Counted from the first letter of the stretch, positions 18,844-29,233 are shown. The stretch is 64,000 bases of DNA from an uncultured bacterium (GCA_963708305.1 CAVPSH010000001.1:449820-513819); one strand, 5' to 3'. Notes: generated from the sequence alone by a model not told the origin. Made by a program: numbers and translations.

Positions 18844-20402
18844 ATGGGCATCATGACGTTGAAACGACCGTCGCTGGTTTCCCAAGGCTCCGTGTCCCGA
18901 ATGATTCAGACCGCGGATGAAGCCTGGAAACGGCGTGACTTCCAGCAATGCTTTGAGTGGCTGGAACGCGCCAGCCGTCTGGACCCGGCCAATCCCAGTG
19001 TCCCGTTCATCCTGGGTCAGCGTTACGGATTACGTTACGAATATGCCGCAGCCGAGCGCTGTTTTGACAAGGCCGTGCGCCTGGCGACAAAAAAATCCGA
19101 GGCATTAGCGACCGCGGGCCAATTATCCACCGATTTTGCCAGCCATCAATTGTCTGAACGTTATTTTCAGCAGTCCTTGGAACAAAAAGACGCGTCCCCG
19201 GAATCCTTCGCCCGATTGGCAGAACTCTACGAACGCCTGCACCGCCTGGAAGATGCCTCCAAACTGGTGGACCAGGCATTGCAATTGGACGCCAACTGCG
19301 TTTTGGCCCGCCTGACCCAAGCCAGGTTAAGCCGCCAGGCCGGACATTTGGAAGAAGCAGAAAAGATTCTCCTTCCGGTCCTGGGATCAGCTCAGAGTGA
19401 GATGCGGATACGCGGCCACTATGAACTGGGCGCTATTCTGGATCGGCAGGGGCGGTACGACGATGCCATGACGGCATTTCTGGAAGCCAAGGCGGCGTTG
19501 CGCGCGGAAACCCAACCGCTGCTGGCGCAGGCGAAAGCAAATCGCATTTCCAGAAAAAAGGTGCTGGCTGACTTTACGGCGGAAACCATGCACCGCTGGT
19601 TTGATTTCGGTTCCCAACTCCAGCCTCTCCGGCGCGTGGCGTTTCTGGGCGGCCATCCGCGTTCGGGGACAACCTTGCTGGAACAAGTCCTGGATTCGCA
19701 TCCGGATATCGTCTCGGCCGAGGAAACACAGGTTTTTGTGGACGACGCGCTCAACCCACTGAGAGCCAAACTGTCGGGAGGCTCGCCGCTAGCCATATCT
19801 GGAAGCAGCGCAGACCGATGCCTTGCAACAGTCCCGCGCAAGATATTTCCACGCCATGGAATTGTGCTTGAACAAACCGATCGGCGACCGGCTGCTGATT
19901 GACAAAAATCCTTCGGTAACCCTTTTCCTCGCGGCCTTTATCCGGATATTTCCTGAAATCAAAATTCTGATTGCATTGCGGGACCCGCGGGACGTGGTCC
20001 TGAGTTGTTTCATGCAATGTTATGTGCCGGTCACCCCTTCCAGCGTAACCTATCTGAGTCTGGAGGAGACAACTGAAGGCTACGCGCACACGGCGGAGGA
20101 GTGGAAGATTCTTTCGTCCGCGATAAAAAACCCGCGGCTGGAAGTACGTTACGAAGACGTCGTGGCCGATTTGGAATCAGTGTCCCGGCGCGTATTGGAT
20201 TTTCTGGGTGTGTCCTGGGATGCATCGGTGTTGCGCTTTGATGAACACGCGCGGAGCAAAAGAGTGCGCTCTCCCACTTATGCTGACGTAACACAACCCG
20301 TCTATAAACGTGCTCTCGGGCCGCTGGCGGAACTACCAGAAATATCTGGAGCCGTGTCTGCAGCGGCTGGAGCCGTTCGTCAAGGCCCTCGGATATGAGT
20401 AA
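18844..20402 (+). pseudogene. TPR-domain sulfotransferase, two frameshifts (near 19790 and 20320)
   Basis: TPR-like N-terminal half, then the PAPS-binding motif GGHPRSGTTLLEQVLDSHP. The sequence continues as PYLEAAQTDALQQSRARYF...DKNPS...RDPRDVVLS in a second frame, and the tail RWRNYQKYLEPCLQRLEPFVKALGYE is in a third. Confidence 0.75.
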
Positions 20403-20526
20403 CCGGATTGCTTGAGGGCTGAGAGTTCAGAGTTTAAGGATCGATGACAAGCGCGGTCGGTTCAAGTCCTCTCGCGCGCACCCATTTTCAAGTCCGGACA
20501 AGGCGCTGCGCCAAACACTCCAGCTC

Positions 20527-22674
20527 TCACTGGACAAGCCGCTCACGATAGGGCTGGTGGGCTTTGAAAAGTTGCAGCAACTCCTGGCTCTGGAGCGCCA
20601 GCGCTTGTTGTCCAAGCGCCAGCGCCAATTCGCGGGCTTTTCCCGATGCCGCCACCGCATCTTCAAATCGTCCCGCCTCAGCGTAAGCGGCGGCCAGGGT
20701 ACAAATCAATTGCGGATTCCCGTAATCGGTCAATTCACAAGCCCGTTCAGCCAATGGGACGGCCTGCTGGCCATTGCGAACATGCGGCTGGGGACACGTC
20801 GCCAAATGCCATGCCAGGTTGTTCAAAAAGGATGGATTGTTTGGTTCCAGCTTGATGGCGGCTTGATAGTGCGCGATGGCCTGTTCGAATTGTCCCCGGC
20901 GGAACAAGGCGTTGCCGAGGTTGTTGTAGAGGTTCGGGTTGTGGGGACTGATTTGCAGGGCCTTTTGGTACTGGGCAATCGCCTCGTCCACTTTGTCTTC
21001 CTGGAGCAGTACGTTGCCGAGGTTGCCGTGGGCCTCCACGGAGTCAGGATTGATTTGCAGAACTTTTTGGAATTGGGCCACCGCTTCGTCCACTTTGCCT
21101 TCCTGGAGCAGTGCGCTGCCGAGGTTGTTGCGGGCCTCCGCGTAGTCAGGATTGACTTGCAGCGCCTTTTGGAAATACGGAATCGCCTCACCCACCTTGC
21201 CCCAATGGAGCAGTACATTGCCGACGTTATTCCAGGTGGGCGGGTCTTTGGGATTGATTTGCAGGGCCTTTTGAAATTGGGCCATCGCGTCGTCCACTTT
21301 GCCTTTTTGGGTCAGTATAAAACCGAGGTTGTTGCAGGCCATCCAACAGTCCGGATTCCTGGCCAGGGTGGCGCGCCAGAGTGTTTCGCCGTCCGCATAC
21401 ATGCCACATTGATACCACGTCAATCCGCCCAGAATTAACAGCAGCATTTCGCAAAATACCAGCTCCCCGAGTCGCTCCTTGCTCCTCAAATGGCGGAATA
21501 ATTTGTCAATTCCTGCCACAGCCAACGTGAGCGGACCGATCATGGCCAGGTACTGAAAATGATCGGCCACGAACGAAAAGCGGAACGGATAGACATTGAA
21601 AAATCCGAGCGCCGGGAACAAGGTTCCAACGAAAAAAAGCCATGCTGCTAGCGGTCCGCGGTTCCGGCGCGATAGCAGCCACAACCCCAGCGTGACCAAC
21701 AGTGCCATCGCCGGGAAGAGATATTGCCACCCTATCACCTGGCTGACATGCCAGCGAGGGTACATAAAAATCAAGTCCACCGGCCAGATCAGTTTGCCCA
21801 GGTAGAACCAAATAACGCGTCCGGCAATGAGTGTCCGCTCGATGAAGGAAAAATTATATTCTGAACCGCTGGCGCCAACGAATGCCCACTCTATCCACGC
21901 GGTGCACAAGCCGGCACCCACCCCCGCCACAAAGAACGGAATCAAGGGCAACACATCCTGTTTCCAGGACAATCTTCCACGTTGCCACCAGAAAACCAAC
22001 AACAACGCCGCCGGCAAGGTCGCAATGACGGTCTTGGACAGTAATCCCAACAAGAACATCCCCAAAGCGAAGAAGTAAGGCCTCCAGTTTCTGTTCCGGT
22101 CGAATCTCAAGTAAAGCAATGCTGCGCTTAGATAAAACGCCCCGGACAAGACGTTCTTGATTTCCGAGACCCATGCCACCGACTCCACGCAGACGGGATA
22201 CAGGGCAAAAATGGCCGCCGCCAGCCAGGCACCTGGTACATCCAGCCGGCGCAGAATAGTCCATAGCAGAATGGCATTTAGCGCTTGCAGCAGGACGTTG
22301 GTTAAATGGTAGCCCAGCGGATTCAGTTGCCAAAGGTGATATTCCACCCAGAAACCGGTGAACGCCATCGGGTAGTATTGCGGGGTGGCGCCTGGCACAA
22401 ACCAGATTTGCCAAAGACCTTTCAGAGAGTGCAACGTCAGGTTGCCAGTCACGTAATGATCATCGTCCCAAATGAACCCCGCGTGCCAAATTGGCTGGTA
22501 AGCGAGAATTGTGGCAACTACCAGAAAGAGGCCAAACAGCCACCACCGGTGCGGCGAAGAAGTTAGAAAATCAACAACCTTGTCCGGTCCGTGGCCTCGT
22601 GGAGCGGCCACCTTGGCACCGGCCAGGGTCGAAACGCTTCGCTGGTTCGATTTGGAATCCGGCGCGAATTTCAT
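20527..22674 (-). CDS. polytopic membrane protein with C-terminal TPR repeats (TMTC/PMT-like glycosyltransferase candidate)
   Basis: About 10 TM segments are followed by 7-8 TPR units (AIAHYQAAIKLEPNN and similar). The start is set at MKFAPDSK. Confidence 0.6.
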   Translation of the reverse strand: MKFAPDSKSNQRSVSTLAGAKVAAPRGHGPDKVVDFLTSSPHRWWLFGLFLVVATILAYQPIWHAGFIWDDDHYVTGNLTLHSLKGLWQIWFVPGATPQYYPMAFTGFWVEYHLWQLNPLGYHLTNVLLQALNAILLWTILRRLDVPGAWLAAAIFALYPVCVESVAWVSEIKNVLSGAFYLSAALLYLRFDRNRNWRPYFFALGMFLLGLLSKTVIATLPAALLLVFWWQRGRLSWKQDVLPLIPFFVAGVGAGLCTAWIEWAFVGASGSEYNFSFIERTLIAGRVIWFYLGKLIWPVDLIFMYPRWHVSQVIGWQYLFPAMALLVTLGLWLLSRRNRGPLAAWLFFVGTLFPALGFFNVYPFRFSFVADHFQYLAMIGPLTLAVAGIDKLFRHLRSKERLGELVFCEMLLLILGGLTWYQCGMYADGETLWRATLARNPDCWMACNNLGFILTQKGKVDDAMAQFQKALQINPKDPPTWNNVGNVLLHWGKVGEAIPYFQKALQVNPDYAEARNNLGSALLQEGKVDEAVAQFQKVLQINPDSVEAHGNLGNVLLQEDKVDEAIAQYQKALQISPHNPNLYNNLGNALFRRGQFEQAIAHYQAAIKLEPNNPSFLNNLAWHLATCPQPHVRNGQQAVPLAERACELTDYGNPQLICTLAAAYAEAGRFEDAVAASGKARELALALGQQALALQSQELLQLFKAHQPYRERLVQ

Positions 22675-22876
22675 CCCGACCAGATTAAACAAACTCGGGA
22701 ATCGGCTCAAGCTGGCTTGCTGAGAAGATAGAGTCCAAGGACGCCCGGAACCATGCGCAGCGAAAGCCCGTCCGCTATGTCGCCTGCGCTCGGCGGAATG
22801 AAGTCGAAACGTGAAGACGCAAAAAAAGAACCCCGGCAAAAGCCGGGGTCCTTATGAGAATTAAAGGATTTTTCTG

Positions 22877-23575
22877 TTAGCTGTTACGCCGACGCAGCGC
22901 GAGCAAACCACCCAGCAAACCCATTCCACACAGGGCCAGCGAGGCCGGCTCGGGAACAACTTGAGTGATCGCGATATCGGTATAGTCCACGGTAACGCCT
23001 GTTCCATCCCCATTTAAAATGAATCCCAGTCGGGCATAAGTTTCTGGGCCATTCGGGTCGGTACCGTACGCAGTGAAGGGAACCGTCACGGAGCCAGAGA
23101 AGACACCACCGCTGGCCAACTGGGTGCCATTCAATTGGGGTTCGTAAGCGCTAGGAGTACCAGTCTGGCCGTAGAAGCCGCTGCCCGCGTTGGCATACGA
23201 GCCAAGCTGGAGGTAAGTACCGGCGCTAATAGGGGATGACGTATCAACGTACCAGTTATAAGTAAGTTCGTAGCCGGCCGGGTTCGCAAAGGCGGCAGCC
23301 ATCGCAGCGGTGAAGTTGGCGGCAGGGGCACCACTAACAGTGCTGGAATTAACACTTCCTGACTGGTAACCACCCTGCATAATAATGCTGACATAATTTT
23401 GGCCACCGATGGTAACCATGGAGGCGGCCGGGCTACCGCCGAATCCTGATTCCACCCAACCGTCAGGGGTGTTATCGGCGAAATCGAAAGTAACCGACTG
23501 GCCGAGCGCTTGAATTGTACCGAGAGTTACGGCAACTGCCGCTGTCCCCAAACCGATTAATATATTTTTTTTCAT
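22877..23575 (-). CDS. PEP-CTERM sorting-domain secreted protein
   Basis: It has a signal peptide, and the C-terminus VVPEPASLALCGMGLLGGLLALRRRNS fits the PEP motif + TM helix + Arg cluster pattern. Confidence 0.85.
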   Translation of the reverse strand: MKKNILIGLGTAAVAVTLGTIQALGQSVTFDFADNTPDGWVESGFGGSPAASMVTIGGQNYVSIIMQGGYQSGSVNSSTVSGAPAANFTAAMAAAFANPAGYELTYNWYVDTSSPISAGTYLQLGSYANAGSGFYGQTGTPSAYEPQLNGTQLASGGVFSGSVTVPFTAYGTDPNGPETYARLGFILNGDGTGVTVDYTDIAITQVVPEPASLALCGMGLLGGLLALRRRNS

Positions 23576-23880
23576 AAGACTATTGTTAGCGTTATTTCCG
23601 ATTTTGTTAGTGTAATCCGATTTGTCCTTAATATAACAGATTTTGCCCTCTTGTCATGTCCCCAAAGTTAGGGACAAATTGCTATAAAGAGAAATGAGTG
23701 CTTTTCTCATAAGGTCGTTTTACTTTCGCGTTTACGGATATATGTTAACACAATTTTGGCGTTTGGGAATGGACAAAATTACGATTCTTTGTATAAAAAA
23801 GCACATTGCCTTTAATCTGTATAATTTCCTGATTATGAGATTGTTTCGTTAATTATTAAAATATTCTTTCTTTTACGTGA

Positions 23881-24675
23881 CTAACGGTCTTCAGCACTTA
23901 GCGATCGAACGAACTGAGTGACCTGCAAAACAAGATCCAAGCACTTGCCGTGCCGTGAAATCTGGTTGACCACCGCGCTGCCAACGACAAAGGCATCTGC
24001 CACCGCCGCAACGGCTTTGGCCTGTTCCGGTGTCGAGATGCCAAACCCGACAGCGATGGGTAACTTTGTGTGCTTTCGGATCCTGGCAACTTGCTGTGCC
24101 AGATTGGACGCCACCTGCTTCTGCATCCCCGTAACACCTTCGCGTGAAACGTAATATATGAATCCACTGCCGCGTTTGACGATGAACTCCATCCGGTCCT
24201 CCGGCGTCGTCGGCGCCACCAGATAAATGTGGCAAAGGCCGTTCTTTCTCATCAGCGCCTCATAATTCTCCGATTCCTCGGGCGGCAAATCGAGCACCAG
24301 CAAACCGTCCACGCCTGCCTCGGCTGCGTCCTTGATAAACCGCTCCAAACCCACGCGGTGAATCAGGTTGAAGTAAATGTAAAGAATGATGGGAATTCCC
24401 GAGTGTTTGCGGATGGCGGCAACAGTGGCCAAAACCTTGGGCGGCGTGGTGCCGGATTCCAGGCCGCGTTGCGCCGCCAGTTGGTTTACCAATCCATCGG
24501 CCAGCGGGTCGCTGAACGGCACGCCCAGTTCCAGAATGTCCACACCCGCCTGGTCGAACGCCAATGCCAGCCCGCGCGTGGCCGCCAGATTAGGGTCGCC
24601 CGCCCCGATATAAACGATGAAACCCTTCCGGCCGGCGCGCTTGAGCCGCGCAAAGCATTCCTCAATGCGATTCAT
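23881..24675 (-). CDS. trpA: tryptophan synthase alpha chain
   Basis: 264 aa: MNRIEECF...ELGVPFSDPLADG...YFN...GVDGLLVLDLPPEE...YYVSREGVTG...GFGIS. Confidence 0.9.
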   Translation of the reverse strand: MNRIEECFARLKRAGRKGFIVYIGAGDPNLAATRGLALAFDQAGVDILELGVPFSDPLADGLVNQLAAQRGLESGTTPPKVLATVAAIRKHSGIPIILYIYFNLIHRVGLERFIKDAAEAGVDGLLVLDLPPEESENYEALMRKNGLCHIYLVAPTTPEDRMEFIVKRGSGFIYYVSREGVTGMQKQVASNLAQQVARIRKHTKLPIAVGFGISTPEQAKAVAAVADAFVVGSAVVNQISRHGKCLDLVLQVTQFVRSLSAEDR

Positions 24676-24691
24676 TCGCGCTATTCTATTC

Positions 24692-24796
24692 CGGAGGGAC
24701 AAGTTACACGAGTCCCAAACTACCAAAATTTCGGAGGGACGAGTTACACGAGTCCCTGACTTCAGGATTTTGGGACTCGCATAGCTCGTCCCTCCG
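24692..24796. repeat. three copies of a 25-nt repeat (two direct, one inverted) between trpA and aroC
   Basis: CGGAGGGACAAGTTACACGAGTCCC at 24692 and CGGAGGGACGAGTTACACGAGTCCC at 24732, with an inverted copy GGGACTCGCATAGCTCGTCCCTCCG at 24772. Confidence 0.8.
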
Positions 24797-24849
24797 ACTG
24801 TTCCTCCGATAGATTTGACCCCGCCGCCTTTTTTTTGCATCATTCCCAC

Positions 24850-25929
24850 ATGGCCAGCACGTTGGGGCAATTGTTCCGGATCACGACGTGGGGTGAATCC
24901 CACGGCGGCGGCGTGGGTGTGGTCGTGGACGGTTGTCCCCCGCGCCTCAAACTGACCGAGGCCGACATCCAGCCCGACCTGGACCGGCGGCGGCCCGGCC
25001 AGTCCAAAATCGTTTCGCCCCGCAAGGAATCCGACACGGTGCAAATCCTTTCCGGCACGTTCGAGGGCAGAACCCTGGGCACGCCGATTTGTCTGTGGGT
25101 GAAAAACACGGACGCGCGCCCCGAGGCCTACTCGGAAATGAAAACGAAATTCCGCCCGTCGCACGCGGACTTTACCTATTGGGTCAAGTACGGCATCCGC
25201 AACTGGCAGGGCGGCGGCCGGGCCAGCGCCCGCGAAACCGTCGGCCGCGTCGCCGCCGGCGCCATCGCCAAAAAAATCCTGCGCGAACGGTTCGGCGTCG
25301 AAACCCTGGCCTATGTCAAACAGGTCCGGAACATCATCGCCGACGTCAACCCGGACCGGGTGAAGTTCCAGGACGTCGAATCCAACATCGTCCGTTGCCC
25401 CGACCGGAAGACGGCGGAAAAAATGATCCGGCTGATTGAGAAAATGCGCCAAGCCGGCGACACCGTGGGCGGTGTGGTCGAAGGCATCGCGCGCGGCGTG
25501 CCCGCCGGCTGGGGCGAGCCGGTTTTTGATAAACTGGAAGCGGATTTGGCCAAGGCGATGCTGAGCTTGCCCGCCTCCAAGGCATTTGAAATCGGCTCCG
25601 GCTTTGGCGGCATTTTGTTGACCGGCCGGCAGCACAACGATCCCTTCCGCGCGAAACAGGGCAAGGTTTTTACCACCACCAACTTTTCCGGCGGCATTCA
25701 GGGCGGCATCTCAAACGGCCAGACGGTTTTTTTCCGCGTCGCCTTTAAACCGGTCGCCACCGTCATGCATCCGCAGGACACCGTGGACGTGCACTTTCAC
25801 AACACCACGCTCCAGGGCCGGGGCCGCCACGATCCCTGCGTGCTGCCGCGCGCCGTGCCGATGGTCGAGGCGATGACGGCGCTGGTGCTCGTGGACCACG
25901 CCCTGCGGCACCGGGCACAATGCGGTTGA
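24850..25929 (+). CDS. aroC: chorismate synthase
   Basis: [31 protein letters not shown]...RPGQS...[10 protein letters not shown]...GGISNGQ...GRHDPCV. Confidence 0.9.
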   Translation: MASTLGQLFRITTWGESHGGGVGVVVDGCPPRLKLTEADIQPDLDRRRPGQSKIVSPRKESDTVQILSGTFEGRTLGTPICLWVKNTDARPEAYSEMKTKFRPSHADFTYWVKYGIRNWQGGGRASARETVGRVAAGAIAKKILRERFGVETLAYVKQVRNIIADVNPDRVKFQDVESNIVRCPDRKTAEKMIRLIEKMRQAGDTVGGVVEGIARGVPAGWGEPVFDKLEADLAKAMLSLPASKAFEIGSGFGGILLTGRQHNDPFRAKQGKVFTTTNFSGGIQGGISNGQTVFFRVAFKPVATVMHPQDTVDVHFHNTTLQGRGRHDPCVLPRAVPMVEAMTALVLVDHALRHRAQCG

Positions 25930-25997
25930 CCTGGAGCAGCCTTGGGGATTGATTTTTGGACCGGCAGAAGCAATCTTAATTCAACATCGCAAATAAC

Positions 25998-27395
25998 ATG
26001 GCAGAAAAAGAAATCAACGAAATTTCGCGCGACGCCCGGGTTTTGTTCAACAAGGCCAACGAAGCCGCCCAACGGGAGAACCTCGATTACGCCATCGCGC
26101 TTTACAATCAAGTGCTCGAAAAGGAGCCGGGGTTTTTTGAGGGCCGCAAGGCGCTGCGCGAATTGCAGCTCAAAAAAACCGGCGGCGGCGGCGGCTTTTT
26201 CAAGAAAATGCTCAGCGGCGCCAGTTCCTCGCCGCTCGTCGCCAAGGGGCAAATCGCGTTGCGCACCAATCCCGCCAGCGCCCTCGCCCTCGCCGAGCAG
26301 ATTCTGAACAGCGACCCGAACAGTTCTGCCGGACACCGCCTGGTCGTCCAGGCCGCGCAGTCGCTGGAATTGCCGCGCACCGGCACCATGTCCCTGGAAG
26401 TTCTGGTGAAGAATTCGCCCAAGGACAAAAGCCTGGCCATCGAATTCGCCGAGGCTCTTTCCGCCAGCGGCGGCGACACCCGGCAGGGCGAACGAATCCT
26501 CGCCGAACTCCTCCGCCATTCGCCCAATGACGGCGAGCTGAACCAGGCGCTGAAAAATCTCTCCGCGCGCCAGACGATGGACGAGGGCGGTTACGCCGCG
26601 CTGGAAGGCGGCAAAGGCTCCTATCGCGACATCCTGAAGGACAAAAAGGAGGCCGTCTCGCTCGAACAGGAAAAACGCGTCGTGAAGACCGAGGACACCA
26701 CCGAACGGCTCATCGGCGAATACGAAGCGCGCCTGGAGACCGAACCGAAAAACCTCAAGCTCATCCGTTCCCTCGCCGAGCTTTACACGCAAAAGAATCA
26801 ATTCGACCGCGCCCTGGAACTGTTCAACCGCGTCAAAAATTCCGACATGGGCGGCGACTCATCCCTCGAACGCGCGATGGCCAACACCGTCGTGCGGCAG
26901 TTCGACTTTCAATTGGAGAAACTCGATCCCGCCGCGCCCGATTTCGCCGAACAGTCGGCCAAAATCCAGGCTGAAAAATTAAATTATCAGGTCACCGAAT
27001 GCCAGCAACGCGCGGAAAAATATCCGACAGACCTGGTCATCCGGTTTGATTTGGGCCAGTTGTATTTTCAGGCGGGCAAAATCAACGAGGCAATTGCCGA
27101 ATTTCAAAAGGCACAGCAAAATCCGCACAAACGACTGGCCGCGATGAGTTATCTCGCGCAATGTTTTGCCAAGGGCAAGAAGTTCGACATGGCCGCGCGC
27201 AAGCTCCAGGACGCCATCAAGGAGAAACCCGTTTTTGACGACGAAAAGAAGGAACTGGTTTACAACCTCGGTTGCGTGCTCGAAAACATGGGCAAAAAGG
27301 AAGAAGCCATCGTGCAGTTCAAACTCATTTATGAAGTGGACGCGGGCTACAAGGACGTGGCCGCCAAGGTGGACGCCTCTTACGACGGCCAGTGA
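25998..27395 (+). CDS. TPR repeat protein
   Basis: 465-aa ORF with several TPR-like helical pairs (AIALYNQVLEKEPGF, AIAEFQKAQQNP, AIVQFKLIYEVDAGY). Confidence 0.65.
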   Translation: MAEKEINEISRDARVLFNKANEAAQRENLDYAIALYNQVLEKEPGFFEGRKALRELQLKKTGGGGGFFKKMLSGASSSPLVAKGQIALRTNPASALALAEQILNSDPNSSAGHRLVVQAAQSLELPRTGTMSLEVLVKNSPKDKSLAIEFAEALSASGGDTRQGERILAELLRHSPNDGELNQALKNLSARQTMDEGGYAALEGGKGSYRDILKDKKEAVSLEQEKRVVKTEDTTERLIGEYEARLETEPKNLKLIRSLAELYTQKNQFDRALELFNRVKNSDMGGDSSLERAMANTVVRQFDFQLEKLDPAAPDFAEQSAKIQAEKLNYQVTECQQRAEKYPTDLVIRFDLGQLYFQAGKINEAIAEFQKAQQNPHKRLAAMSYLAQCFAKGKKFDMAARKLQDAIKEKPVFDDEKKELVYNLGCVLENMGKKEEAIVQFKLIYEVDAGYKDVAAKVDASYDGQ

Positions 27396-27410
27396 AGTCC
27401 GGTGGAGCAC

Positions 27411-27548
27411 GTAGCCGCCAAAATCAGGTAGGGACATCGCGCTGCGATGTCCGCCGGTGGGGCGAGAGTCCTCAAGCCGCAATCAAACCCGTAGCCGCCG
27501 TGGTCAAACGGCGGACCCCGCTGTAGCGGCGCGTCTATGACCGCCGCC
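27411..27548. repeat. cluster of 4 REP-like hairpins (family A relatives)
   Basis: GTAGCCGCC at 27411, GGACATCGCgctGCGATGTCC at 27432-27452, GTAGCCGCCGtggtcaaaCGGCGGAC at 27491, and TGTAGCGGCGcgtctatgaCCGCCGCC at 27522-27548. Confidence 0.7.
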
Positions 27549-27591
27549 ATTCCCCGAAAAGTGGACATTGAAAATTCCGAACTCCCAACTC

Positions 27592-27849
27592 CTAAACCGC
27601 ATCCAGCGGACTGCGCACGCCCAAACCACCCTGGTTAAGAACGTGTGTATAGATCATTGTCGTGCTCAAATCGGCGTGGCCCGGCAACTCTGGTATCGTT
27701 CGAATATCCTGCCCGCGTTGCAAAAGATGCGTCGCAAAACTGTGGCGGAAGGCGGAGTAGTGTTTCACCCGCATCACTTCCCGCACTTGTTCCAACAACT
27801 TGAGTTTGGGATTGGGCAAACCAGTTCCGCCCCGCCCGAACCCTTCCAT
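27592..27849 (-). pseudogene. intI: integron integrase remnant with a large internal deletion
   Basis: Only 85 codons remain. The N-terminal [18 protein letters not shown] is joined directly to the C-terminal [50 protein letters not shown]. The central catalytic part, estimated at about 230 aa, is missing, with the junction near 27750. Confidence 0.8.
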
Positions 27850-27958
27850 GTGTCCCCAAGTCGTTTTTGCCGTTGACTTTCCTGAGAAAACTCCATAGTT
27901 TTATGAAGAATACTAATAAATGCAGGTATGAATTCCCGGTTTGTCACCTATTATCTGC

Positions 27959-27996
27959 TTAGTAGGAATTCTTTCCTACTAAACAATTAGTTAGGC
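27959..27996. other. attI-like region: perfect 10-bp-stem palindrome followed by a GTTAGGC core
   Basis: TTAGTAGGAAttctTTCCTACTAA occupies 27959-27982, and 7 nt later GTTAGGC occupies 27990-27996, 21 nt before the first cassette ATG. Confidence 0.6.
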
Positions 27997-28016
27997 ATCG
28001 TGAGAGCGTCAATCAT

Positions 28017-28268
28017 ATGAGATCACCATTCTCGCTGATTTTATTTGCTGCTATTATATTGTTGTCGCCCGGTTGTGTGATGACTCCAGCAGATACAGCA
28101 GTTAGGAGGCTCAACCACGATGCCGAGGCTTCTGGCAGCCCATATCGCTACCGTCTCACGAAAGATAGTGTGTTTGGTGGCAGCGTTGTTGAGAAGTATA
28201 GCATTGTTTCACCTGACGGCCAGCAGACAAACACTAGCCCAAGATTATCGCAGAGTCCCACGAAATGA
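28017..28268 (+). CDS. integron cassette 1 ORF, putative lipoprotein
   Basis: 83 aa with a lipobox (LLSPGC) after a hydrophobic N-terminus. It is followed by attC. Confidence 0.6.
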   Translation: MRSPFSLILFAAIILLSPGCVMTPADTAVRRLNHDAEASGSPYRYRLTKDSVFGGSVVEKYSIVSPDGQQTNTSPRLSQSPTK

Positions 28269-28275
28269 ATACGAT

Positions 28276-28374
28276 GCCTAACAAATCGCTGCAGGCAACG
28301 CGGGATGGCGGTTCCAGTTCCGCTTTGCGGTTCATGCGGGTTGGTCCCGCGTGCCTGAGCTCTGGACGTTAGGC
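28276..28374. repeat. attC site 1
   Basis: Begins GCCTAACAAATCGCTGCAGG, ends CCTGAGCTCTGGACGTTAGGC, and has paired inner arms ACGCGGGA/TCCCGCGT. Length 99 bp. Confidence 0.85.
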
Positions 28375-28387
28375 AGCATTACACTTT

Positions 28388-28627
28388 ATGAGACTATTAT
28401 CATTCATCGTTTGTTTGGCTGTCATTGGAATCATCGGCTGCAAAACGGAAGACTCCGCAATGAAGGCTTTACCCGGCCGGCGGATGGCAGAGATGGACGT
28501 TATATCATTGGCGGGGACTGCAATTCGACCAGCAAGTTGGATATTCATATCATACGAGTTTTACAAATGGTGTTTGGGAGGTTTCATGTATAGACAAACA
28601 AGACCGCAGAATGAATTGGCATGGTAA
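28388..28627 (+). CDS. integron cassette 2 ORF, putative lipoprotein
   Basis: 79 aa with a lipobox (VIGIIGC). It is followed by attC. Confidence 0.55.
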   Translation: MRLLSFIVCLAVIGIIGCKTEDSAMKALPGRRMAEMDVISLAGTAIRPASWIFISYEFYKWCLGGFMYRQTRPQNELAW

Positions 28628-28697
28628 TTGCGACAATCCAGGATGCTGACGGGAAGATCAAGCTGGTTAATCGGCCGTGAAATATGAACGATATGCT

Positions 28698-28830
28698 GCC
28701 TAACAAATTGCTGCAGGAAACAGCCGCTGCCCCTGCCAGTTGCGATTGATTTTATGAGTTTTGCTTGTCATCACTGCATTCAATCGCCGAAGTGAGGCGG
28801 GCGGCTGTGCCTGAGCTTTTGACGTTAGGC
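28698..28830. repeat. attC site 2
   Basis: Begins GCCTAACAAATTGCTGCAGG and ends CCTGAGCTTTTGACGTTAGGC. Length 133 bp. Confidence 0.85.
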
Positions 28831-28884
28831 GGCATGAGCGCACCACTAATTTAGTAAACCATACAAACAAAAAGGAGACATACC

Positions 28885-29139
28885 ATGAAGCAGACATTAC
28901 AGAAATTCGGACACTGGACGCCCGCGGCCTTCTGCGCGTTCATTTGCCTCAACGCCTTGTTTATTGCACCAACGAGCGGGAATGTCGAATGGTGGAAGCC
29001 AGTATTCTTTTCTTTCCTGCCGATGTGTTTCTTTTTTGTCGGTTCCGCCACATCGCAGATGCAGAAGGAGATTCAGGAGTTGCGGAAGCAGGTCGCGGAT
29101 TTGCAGAGCAAGCAAGTGAGTTCACATGATGCTGCCTAA
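28885..29139 (+). CDS. integron cassette 3 ORF, small membrane protein with a C-terminal coiled-coil
   Basis: 84 aa with two hydrophobic segments followed by QMQKEIQELRKQVADLQSKQ. The TAA stop lies inside the attC inverse core GCCTAAC. Confidence 0.55.
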   Translation: MKQTLQKFGHWTPAAFCAFICLNALFIAPTSGNVEWWKPVFFSFLPMCFFFVGSATSQMQKEIQELRKQVADLQSKQVSSHDAA

Positions 29140-29233
29140 CAAGTCGCCGGAGCCAACCGCCGTTGGCGCTGTGCAGTTCCGCTGTCGCGGTTCACGCCGC
29201 GAGTCGGCGGTGGCTCAGCTTTCTTCGTTAGCC
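29134..29233. repeat. attC site 3
   Basis: Begins GCCTAACAAGTCGCCGGAGCC and ends GGCTCAGCTTTCTTCGTTAGCC. Length 100 bp. Confidence 0.8.

Noticed and set aside
20459-20484. GGTTCAAGTCCTCTCGCGCGCACCCA resembles a tRNA T-loop plus 3' acceptor end, which could be a tRNA fragment or an att site.
   Set aside because: There is no matching 5' acceptor strand, D-arm or anticodon arm upstream, and the putative T-stem does not pair. The segment is better explained as a GCGCG...CGCGC stem-loop between two convergent genes.
23881-25635. A 584-aa ORF that would extend trpA far upstream.
   Set aside because: Only the last 264 codons are TrpA-like. The extension runs antisense through aroC and the 25-nt repeat cluster, so trpA starts at 24675.
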